A stretch of DNA of 63,973 nucleotides, taken from NCBI RefSeq assembly GCF_001194135.2, contig NC_068989.1, positions 85,845,111 through 85,909,083 of the forward strand. Direction: 5' to 3'. Of the stretch, positions 50,337-61,845 are shown piece by piece (within the stretch, counting starts at the first letter, position 1; every line of letters starts with the position of its first letter). The translations under genes were made by a program, and so were the position numbers. This DNA comes from Octopus bimaculoides (Eukaryota). The notes under the pieces are model-generated. The model had not been told where the DNA came from, ran no database searches, and saw nothing but the letters and a program-made list of their open reading frames with translations.

Positions 50337-53300
50337 TATTTTCCTATCTTTGCTGTCTTTAGCCATTCCATTACACCACCACCTCTATGACAACACCACC
50401 AGCTACTTAAATGTACCAAACTGTTTCACGTATGTCTTGTTCTCATCACTCCACCCAGTAGCATTTAAACTGGCTGTATCTTGCTAAATTTTCTACCTGT
50501 TTTCTATTCAGACAGGCCAGATCTGGCCTCTCACACATACCTTTCAATGTCATTCTGAGGATAAACAATCAGATCATTGAAATCTTGAAGCTATTAGACA
50601 ATGCATGATTAATTAAAAGCAATGTGAATAAATAAGCATTAGATTTGACAAGGTAATCTGAATGCTAAAGTGTTGAACATTTAACAAGATGGTGAGTCAG
50701 AAATGATGGGTGTGGGTAAGTACTTAGGCATGTATATCTGTATGTGTCTAGGAATGTGTGTCTTTGAGTGTATGTGGGCATGTCTCCAGATATGTATGTG
50801 TGGGTGTATATCTGAGTATGTATGTGTGAATATGTTGGTATATATCTAGGTGTATATGTGTGAGTGCATAGGGGTGTATATCTAGGTATATATGCATTTG
50901 TGTGTTAGTGTGTGTGTGGGGGTATGTCTAAGTATGTCTGTGTCTTGGTGCTTGTTGGTATTAATATACATGTCTGTGCGTGTATCTGTGAGCATAATTC
51001 TATGTGTGTATGTGTCTATGTGGGGATGTGTCGTTCTGTGGATATGCATGTGTCACTGAAAGCATACTTCTAGTTATGTATACAAGGCCAAATGGTTAGG
51101 ATGTTTGCTGCACAATCATGATGTTGGGTTTGATCTCACTGTGGCATCTCAGGCTACTCTCATTTACCATAAAACTTCGAGTTCCCTAAGCTTTGTGAAT
51201 GAAACTGGGTGGATAGGCACTATGGGAGTCTGTTAGATGCTTGTCGCTTGATATGTTGTGCTGATTTTTCTTCAGAATTACATTAAGGCACATGTCTGTG
51301 GAATACTCAGCCACATCATCATCATCAGCATCACCATTTGAATGTCCACTTTTGCAAGCTTGTGTGGGTCAGACAGAATTTGGTGAAGCAGATTTTCTAT
51401 GGCTGGATGCCCTTCCTGTCACCAACCCTCACCTTTTACTGAGCAAGGTTAAATTTCCTGTGGCCAGACATGTCTTCATGGAAGATTGGAAATGAAGGAT
51501 ACCGCTTGTATGATGGCGATGCTCATTTACAAGTATCAATGTGAGATCCTAAAACCAAGATACCATGTAAAAAGCATTGGTGTGGGTGCTGGTGCCACAT
51601 AAAATGCACCCGGTACACTCTATAAAGTGGTTGGCATTAGGAAGGGCATCCAGCCGTAGAAACCAAACTAGAACAGACTATGGAACCTGGTGCAGCCCCT
51701 GTCCCTGTCAGATCCTATCAAGCCATCCAACTCATGCCAACATGGAAAAGGACATTAAATATTGATGATGATGTTGATGAAACAGTATCCAGGCAAGGAA
51801 ACACACACATGATTGGCTTGTTTCAGTTTCTATTTATCAAATCCATTCATAATGCTTTGGTCAGCCTGGAGCTAGAGTAGAAAACGTGTGCCCCAGGTGC
51901 CACACAGTGAGGCTGAACCTGTGATCCATGTGATTGAGAAGGAAACTTATTAAACTCACAGCCACGCCTGAAGGGCATCCAGCCATTCAAAATCTGCTTC
52001 ACCAAATTCCGTCTGACCCATACACGCATGCGAAAGTGGACATTCAAATGGTGATGATGATGATGTGGCTGAGTATTCCACAGACATGTGTGGTCCTTAA
52101 TGTTATTCTGAGGGTGAATGAGCACAATACATCAAGTAACAAGCATCTAACAGACTCCCATAGTGTCTATCCATCCAGTTTCATTCAGTTGATTAAATTA
52201 CTGAATATCATTGGCAAAACTGACAAAGGTCCATTTACCTATTTACTGTGTGCGTGTGCGGGTGTGTTTAAATAAATGTACACATGCCTACATACGTGTC
52301 AGTATTGAAGTACAAATGTTCACATGTCTGTGTGTCATTACTCAGTCACTGATAGTCTCCCTACATATATTAATTCCCTACACTCTGTATAGCAATATGT
52401 GTGTCTCATCTATTTCCAGATCCTGCAGTACATTATCATTCCCTGTTTCCAACACGCCTTCGAACACGGTGAAGATGAGGCCCTGATAGGGGGACCTCCC
52501 AGCCCGGATCAAGATAACTCTGATAATGTTATCAGTGTTTTCATTAACCGTGTCATTGATCCGGAGAATCCATTCGGCACCTCCGATGCTGTCAGAATCC
52601 TCCTGCTCCAGTTTTCCTCACTTCTTGTTGAACAAGCTTCTCCACACATCCATGATGCTGCTAATAAGTAAGTACACACTCTTTATACCCGCTCTCTCTT
52701 TCTGTTCCTCCTTCGTATGTATATGTGTATTTGTGTGTGTGTGTGTGTCTGTGTATATGAGAAGACCTGTGCTCCACAGCAGAAGTGTTAAGGCTGGTCC
52801 CCTTGGTGAAGAGAATTCACCTGCAAGAGGCGTGTTCCAGTGCCAAGTCAAAAGCACTCTTCCCGGTGTCACATAATATCACCTAAAACTACAGTGCCTC
52901 TTAAAAAGTGCTGGTGCAATGTAAAGAACACCCAGTACACTCTGTAAAGTTGTTGGCCTTAGGAAGGACATCCAGTCCTAGAAACCCTGCCAAATTAGAC
53001 TGGAGCCTAATGTGGCTCTTCAGCTTGCCAGCTCTAGTTAAACCATCCCAACCATGCCACCAGCATGAATAACGGATGTTAAATGATGTTGATGATATAT
53101 ATCATTTTGTTTGTCTGGAACTATGTTGTCCTATACCTCCTTTGTTTTTTAAAATAGTAGCATGTCGTTTAAAAGCAATTTAAATGCTAGTCCTAGAAGA
53201 TTGAGTGATCGAGTAGAGGCTCTCTGATTGGCTTGTAATAATAGTTGATAGTAACATTTCTTTCTACTATAAGTACAAAGCCTGGAGTTTTGGGGGACAA

Positions 53301-56120
53301 GGCTTACATCAACCCCAGTACTGGTGCCATATAAAAAAGCACTTCGTATTCTATTCCTCTCTATTTCTACTCTGGACTCCCTTTCCCTTGTTGTTATTTA
53401 TTGCTATCTCTTTGAGTCTTTCTCTCTCCCTCTCTCTTAATTTTCTTCTGTAATTTTCTTTCACTCTGTGTTGTGTATCAGAAAGATTGATTGTTTGAGG
53501 GAGCAAACAAGTAAGTGAGAGACGAGTGAAAGAGATTACGAATGAGAAATAGATAGAGAATTACTTGACTAACTCTATCAATTCAACTTTGTCTATTCTC
53601 TACAGGAAACAGGGCAATAAGTTACGGCGCCTTATGACATTTGCATGGCCTTCATTGTTGCCCCGCAACTGTGTTGACCCAGCCAACAAATACCATGGAC
53701 ACTTGCTGTTAGCCCATATCATAGCCAAATTTGCCATTCATAAAAGAATTGTCTTGCAAGTAAGTTCTTAATTTTTCTTTTCTTTCAAACAACTCACCTC
53801 CACAACACTAATGTTAACAATGTCCTTATTAGAAGTGAAAAGGTGGGGGAGGATGAACAGGTGTTAAAGAAACCTGGGGGGTGCAAACAGACAAATAGGT
53901 AATCTATTTCAATTGTTTCTTGCTATTTCAGGTGTTTCACAGTCTCCTGAAAGCACATGCAGTGGAAGCTCGAGCTGTAGTTCGGCAAGCTCTTGAGATT
54001 TTAACACCAGCTTTCCCAGGAAGAATGGAGGATGGCAATGTAAGTTGAGCATCTTTTTTTTTTTTTTGTCTTTTTTTCAATTCTGTCCCTTTTTGAGTGT
54101 CTCTTTCTTACTCTCGGTGACTTTTCTCTTGTATTTTGTCCTGACTCAAAGGATTTTTTTGTAGATTCTATTGATTGATTTTCCTTTCTTTCTTTTCCAC
54201 CATCTTTGTTTCCCTACTACCAGGGAATGTTAGCACACTGGACCAAGAAAATCATTGTCGAAGAAGGCCATGCAGTTCCTCAACTTGTCCATTTGCTGTA
54301 AGTATACTATTTTATTGCTTATCTTCTTTATGTTGTAAGGATCTGTTATTATAAATGCTGCTGCTGGTTCATGTATATTAGTGGTGCAGCAATGTAGAAG
54401 TCAGAGCAATCAAATGTCAGGGAAGGTCTGCATGTTTGTGAAGATCCTTCTTGCTCTAGGTCTTCTACCATCTCCCAAAATTTGTAATTTTATACATAAG
54501 AAAAAATTATTCTGATTGAAAGGTATAATTATGTTTTGTCAACTCCCAACCTTCTATCAGTATTTAGGTTTCATGTTCTCATTATTTCTTGTTGTTCTCT
54601 TAATCCACAGACAACTTGTGGTACGTCATTACAAAGTCTACTACCCCGTACGTCACCATTTAATTCAGCATATGGTCAGTTCCTTACAGCGACTTGGCTT
54701 CACACAAAATGTAAGTTTTTTCCTCGTTTCTTCACAATATTTTGAAGTCTGTGTTCCTGTCCATTGAATTTCAAATAGCCTTTTCTCCTATAAACAGGAT
54801 TATCATTGTCATCATCATCATTTAATGTCTGCCTTCCATACTGGCATGGGTAGATCTGAATTTTATGTTTCCCTGTGTTAAAGATGTTGTTACAGTTGGA
54901 GTCTTGTTTGGACTTACTACTTTTCTGAAGATGAATTGAAAAACTACGTCTTGCTTATATTTCATTTTTGGATTGTGTTCTATGCCTGGGGGCTCTTTTT
55001 AACACTGTCCACTCTCCTAGTTCCTCTGTCCCTTCTCAGTTTCACTTGCCTTGTACCTTTAGGTGGGGGAAGGGGCTACGTGGACACTTCATTACCATTG
55101 TTTATGTCTCATATCTCGACCCTCATCTCCTAGCATAAAGTCCCTACCCTCTTGGTTTCATAATCTTGCAAGTTGCATGGTGACCTGATTAGTGCTGGTG
55201 CTACATAAAAAGCACCCAGTCCACTCTGTAAGGTGGTTGGTGTTAGGAAGAGTATCCAGCTGTAGAAGCCATGTCTAAGTAGACAATGGAGCCTGGTGCA
55301 ATTCTTAGACCCATTAGATTCTGTCAAACTGTTCAACTCATGCCAGCATGGAACACGGGGGTTATATGATGATGATGATGATGTGTACATGTACACACAC
55401 ACACACACACACACACATTTTGTTATTTACCCCTGGTTGGCCCTGAGACCCATGATCGAATGTCTTCCAGCTGTGGCTATTTTTTTTTTTTTTATTCAAA
55501 CACAGTACATCTAAGACTATAGTATCTAAAGTGGACATTGGAGCTCAACACAGCCCACTGGCTAGTCAGATCCTGTTGAACTGTCCAAGCCATGCCACCA
55601 TGGAATATGGACTTCACTTACATGATGATGACAGTGTGTTACAATTGGAATTTAGCTGTTATTTCTGTTAGGTTGATCATCCTCACTGAGAACCACTTAT
55701 TGACTAAGTGTCTTTTTTCTTTTTTTTTGTTGAAAGTTGTCCTAAAAAAAAAACCTCTTTCATATTNNNNNNNNNNNNNNNNNNNNNNNNNNNNNNNNNN
55801 NNNNNNNNNNNNNNNNNNNNNNNNNNNNNNNNNNNNNNNNNNNNNNNNNNNNNNNNNNNNNNNNNNNNNNNNNNNNNNNNNNNNNNNNNNNNNNNNNNNN
55901 NNNNNNNNNNNNNNNNNNNNNNNNNNNNNNNNNNNNNNNNNNNNNNNNNNNNNNNNNNNNNNNNNNNNNNNNNNNNNNNNNNNNNNNNNNNNNNNNNNNN
56001 NNNNNNNNNNNNNNNNNNNNNNNNNNNNNNNNNNNNNNNNNNNNNNNNNNNNNNNNNNNNNNNNNNNNNNNNNNNNNNNNNNNNNNNNNNNNNNNNNNNN
56101 NNNNNNNNNNNNNNNNNNNN

Positions 56121-56161
<41 letters not shown>

Positions 56162-56352
56162 GAATCATATGATCGAGAGCTTTTATATGTATTTTGTACT
56201 GTCTGTCACTGCTTGTTTCTATGGATCATTGACGCAGGTATCTTAGTACTAGGGGCAGACGTGGTGTGTAGTAAAAAGCTTGCTTCCCAGCCACATGGTT
56301 TGAGTTCTACAATGAACTAATGTTACTCCTTAACAATTGTACCGCAATATTT

Positions 56353-56389
<37 letters not shown>

Positions 56390-58923
56390 AAATATTGCGG
56401 TACAATTGTTAAGGAGTAACATTAGTTCATTGTAGAAAGGCTAATTGTCCATTTATGCTTTGAAGTTTCCATAATGAAAGAATTTAATTAGTTTTATCCA
56501 TGTTTTTCCCTTGATTTCAGAGTCTGCGTAATCAAACCGATGTGAATAAACCGATTGATAAGCAATACTGTGATTCTGTCGTTAACTTCCTTCTACGAAT
56601 AGCTTGCCAGGTAAGTTGGTATCCTGCTTCCGTTCTCTATAGGAATGGTCCACTTCATTGTTATATTCACAGACCACTTTGTCCCGGTCACCCTCTCAGT
56701 CACCATCATACCATTGTGCTTATAGATCATTTGCATAATTATCATGTACATAGATCACTGTGTATATGTACACACACATCTGTATGTGTGTGTGAGTGTT
56801 TGTGTCTCTATGTCTTGGTATTATGTAATTATGTAAATAGATGCCGTTCCTTTCTGATATTCAGTGAAAACATGTGTGGCATGGGGAAATATTACCTTGC
56901 TTACCAGGTAAGGATTGGTGACAGAAAGGGTCCCTAGCTGTAAAAAAAATCTCCCTAGCTGTAAAAAAAATCTCCCTCAATAAACTCCATCCAATCCATG
57001 TGAGCATGGGAAAATAGATGTTAAAATAATGATGAAGCTTTTTGATTTTGTAATATTGACAACAGGCCACAAATTTTATGGGGAGAACAGTTGGTTATAG
57101 AGAGTCACAATTCACTCCTGCTTTATTTCTATGATATTCAGTCCTTTAAACTTTCAGTTAGTTGACATCTTTTGAATTTGTTTGCCCCTTCTTTTCCTTT
57201 TTGTTATCCCATAGTCTCTGCATTGGTTTCGAGCTTTATTTGGGACAAAATCATATTTAAAAAAAAAAAAAAAAAATTTTAAACTTTGATTACAATTTTG
57301 TCATTTATTTCTTCAGGTGACAGAATCTACAACTGCCTTGGCCACTCAAGGAGAAGCCCTCTCAAGACGATGTATCAACTTACTGAAAACTGTCATGAAC
57401 AAAGATGTGTGGCCCAACATTGAACTAAAACTTGCCTGGTTTGACAAATTACTGATGACCGTTGAAAACCAGTCTGGCATCACCAATATCTGTACAGCAT
57501 TAGAATTGTTGACCTTCCTGTTAGGGATTATGGTAAGTTTAATTTTTTTGGTGGTCTGGTTGATTCCTNNNNNNNNNNNNNNNNNNNNNNNNNNNNNNNN
57601 NNNNNNNNNNNNNNNNNNNNNNNNNNNNNNNNNNNNNNNNNNNNNNNNNNNNNNNNNNNNNNNNNNNNNNNNNNNNNNNNNNNNNNNNNNNNNNNNNNNN
57701 NNNNNNNNNNNNNNNNNNNNNNNNNCTGGTGTTGGGTGCATGTCTTCTTCTATTCCCTGGCCTCTTCGATGCAGCATCAACGAGTGTCAGCGTCCGACTG
57801 ATCGTCGTGTCAAGTTCCCCTTTTTATATCTGCTGCTAGGCTCCAGCAGGCAGCCCCAGCTAGTTGTCACGTGACACTGTCTAAATTTAGGTTTTTAAGG
57901 TTTTTTTTGTATATTGGGGAAACTTTCAAATATATTTCAAACTCTTGTTTTAGCTTCTGTGTATATTCTCTTAGATTTAGACCTACTGCAAAAGGTCAGG
58001 CAGGTATGGGCAGTTGATTAGAGATATAACCTTGTTTTGAACATTTGTGTGTGTGTGTATGTGTGCATGCAAACAGACACATACACTCACATAATGCATA
58101 CTGCAGTAAAAATTAATGTTCTGACATCAATATTAAACATTTTCCCACCAATAATTCCATCTGGTATAAATGGAACTTGTTTCAACATTTCTGATTGTCG
58201 TGAATTATGAAAGATGCAGGTGTGGTTTTATGGTTAAGCAGTTTGGCTCCCAATTATACAGTTTTAGGTTCAGTCCCACTGCATGGCACCTTGGGTAAAT
58301 GTCTTCTACTGTAGCCCCAGGCCAACCAAAGTCTTGTAAATGGATTTGGTAGATGAAAACTGAAAGAAGCCCATTTTGTGTGTGTATGTGTAATAGTGTT
58401 TCCTTGTCTTGACATCATTTGATAATCATAAATGGTTGTTACTGCCATACAATGTCATTCATTTCCAATATTCTATGAAAACATGTCTGGTCATAGGGAA
58501 ATATTACCTTGCTTGGAAACAAGTGAAGGTTGGTGATAGGGAGGGCATTTGGCCAGAGAAAATGTGCTTCGATACACTCCAATCTGACCCATGTGAGCAT
58601 AGTAAGTGGACATTGAAATTATGAGGAGCTTAACTTTGGTTTTGCATTCAATGTTTTCAGGATGATTAAGACTTGTGACTCATGGAATTAGTCTTTGTTA
58701 TATATTTAAGAGTATTTTTGTTCTTGTATATAGGTATCTTTCATCTTTTACTGGTTTCCGTCATTAGACTGTGGCCACCTTGAAGAATTTTTAGTCGAAT
58801 GACCCAGTACTTATTTTCCTTTTTAAGTCTGGTACTTGTTCTGTTGGTCACTTTTGCTGAACTGCTAAGTTACAGGGTTGTAAACACACCAGCACCGGTG
58901 GAGGGCAAGCATAGTCACAAAAA

Positions 58924-58961
<38 letters not shown>

Positions 58962-61788
58962 ATGGGATTCTTTCAGTTTCCATCTACCAAATTGTTGTAA
59001 AGTGGTCTTTTGCCACTGTTGTATCTGTCTTTTCATGACGGCTGTCGCTCTGACAGATATTGTCATATTCTAAAGTCGTCGATAGAATGGTTCTATCTGG
59101 CACTGTACGATCCCCAGTCATACAGTGTTAGTATCTTCAAAAGGATTGGATTGTTATAATGTCCACTCAGTATCACAGTATAATTACCATATCAACACAG
59201 ACACGACTTACTCGTACTCTCGATCTTCTGACCTTCACCTGTCGACTGGCTAGGCTAACTGGTCTATTTATAATGGCTGGCTACTCCCACTTTTTACTGG
59301 GAGGGGTGTACAGTTTCACTATACAACACAAATTCACTTGCAAGGCTTTGATTGGCCTGAAGCTATAGTGGAAGACACTTGCCTATGGTGTCGTTCAGTG
59401 GGAGTGAACCCAGGACCATATGGTTTGAAAGCAAGCCTCTTGCCACACATCTATACCTGTATGCAATTTTTTTACCATAACTGACCACACTATTCTCTGA
59501 TATAAGATGAAACTTCACATCTCCACTCTCTCACTTCTCTTCATCTACTAATCAAACCTGTTTGTGTGTTTCTTACAGAAAAAAGACAACATCCTTGCTA
59601 GTTTCAAACCTCTGCAACGAGGGATCGCTGCCTGTCTGACATGTCCAAACCCCAAGGTAATCCGTGCCGTTCACTCCTTGCTGTCTCGTCTAATGAGTAT
59701 CTTCCCTACAGAACCAACCAATGCCCCAGTACCTTCCAAATACGAGGAGCTCGAGTGTCTGTATGCATGCGTCAGTAAAGTCGTCTATGATGGACTCAAC
59801 AATTATGAAAAGTAAGACATCCCTAACCAGGGTTTTTGGAGTTTTTTTTCCTTTTTCTTTTTAACTAAAAAAGAATTTATTACATTTTTTGTGTCAGGAA
59901 TGTATTGGTATCTACATTTAGAATTGTGCAGTACCTTTTTTCATGTTTCATTGAGGACTTGTCAAACTCTTTTGTGCTACTGCCACAAGAAATGCTTCAC
60001 AGATCTCAGTTGACCTGTATTTTTTGGCTGTAACTTTTGGTCTTGAAAATTCAACTTGCTCGCCAGAAAATGCTGCAGTGTGTGGAGTGGAGTACAGTGC
60101 AGTGTGGACAGGTTAATTCTTGGGGGCTGGGGTGCCAGTTTGGTAGCAGGGTAGGGATGGGGTTAGCTTTAACACTTTATTGACTGATTGATGTTCAGAA
60201 TTCATGCAGTTGGTGAGCAGGCAGAAATGAAGGCGGCGAGCTGGCAGAATGGTTAGCACGCCGGGGCGAAATGCTTAGCGGTATTTCGTCTGCCGCTACG
60301 TTCTGAGTTCAAATTCTGCCAAATTAAGTACCAGTTACGCATTGGGGTCGGTATAATCGAGTCTGTCCTTGTTTGTCCCCTCTCTGTGTAGCCCCTTGTG
60401 GGCAATAAAGAAATAAGAATTCATGCAGTTGGTGGTACAGGTATCAATAGTGCACCTAGATCAGAAGTAGTGTGTGAAGTGGTGGTGGTGATTGTGATCT
60501 GTCTGTTGCGATGGAGTTATGGTTTGGTATTTCAAGAGGTGACAATCCTTCACTAGTTCAGTCTCAGCTAAAGATAATCTAAGGTTGTCTAAAAGGAAAA
60601 AAAATTATACAAACATGAAGGATTACGAGTGTTGTATGCTCTCTACCCACATACATACATACATACATACATACATACGTACATACATACATACATACAT
60701 ACATACATACATACATACATACATACATACATACATGCATACATACATACATACATACATACATGCATGCATGCATGCATGCATACAGACAGACATAGGT
60801 TTGTGGCTCTCTCTCTCTCTCTCTCTCAAATACTGTGTTTTCATATCTCTACAGGTCAACTGGGAACTCCAACAACATACTGTTTCCCACCCTGATGATT
60901 CTGAAGGCTGCATGCATGCATAACCCTTGCTATATAGACCGACTGATTGCCTTATTTATGAAAGTACTACAAAAAATGGCTCGTGAACACCTGACAGCTA
61001 ACAATGAGCAGAATCCAGGTGAGTCAGCGGTTCTCATACATCTTTTATAATTTTTTTTGTTGTTATTAAGCTAAATGTCTAAAATGAGACATTAGTGATT
61101 TAGTATATGTGTATCATCATCATCATCATTCCATTCTGATGTGGGTTGGACATTTTGACGGGCTGATGAATTAGAGGACTGCAATGAACTCCAGTTTCTG
61201 CTTTGCCATGATTTCTATGGCTGGATGCCCTTCTTAATGCCAACCACTTTATAGCATGGACTGGATGTTTTTAATATGGTATCAACCCTTCTAGGTACAG
61301 ACTTGGCTGTGAGGTTGAGAGAGTTACTTCCCACCCACATGGTTCCAGGTTCAGTCCCTCTGCTTGGCACCTTGGACAAATGTCTTCTACTATGGCTCTG
61401 GGCCGCACAAAGCCTTGTGAGTAGATGTGGTAGACGGGAACTGATAGAATGCTGTCATATATATATGTATGCATGTATGTACATCTGTACTATACACACA
61501 CACATACATATATACAAACACACACATGGCTTTTTCTCTACATTTTTTTCCCTCATTTTCCATCTATTTTCTCTCCTCATTCCTTCTTATAGAGCTTCGG
61601 CTCAAAATGTCAAAGATTTCTCCCATTTTTCTCTGAGCATCAAACTAATACACCCCATTTGTTGTTCTCTTGCCTGTCCTTCTCTTTTGCTTTTCGTTTA
61701 ATTTTGAGTGCTATGTGTGTGTACATGTAAATAAATACATATGTATACAAACATACAAATATATACATATACATACAAATATAAACAT

Positions 61789-61845
<57 letters not shown>

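Noticed and set aside
56187-56237. Possible mini-exon ending GSLTQ|gtatct that could supply the missing TRRAP segment
   Set aside because: No acceptable upstream acceptor and no similarity to the conserved missing helix.
60579-60923. HTYI/MYVC-repeat ORFs
   Set aside because: Translations of the (CATA)n microsatellite.
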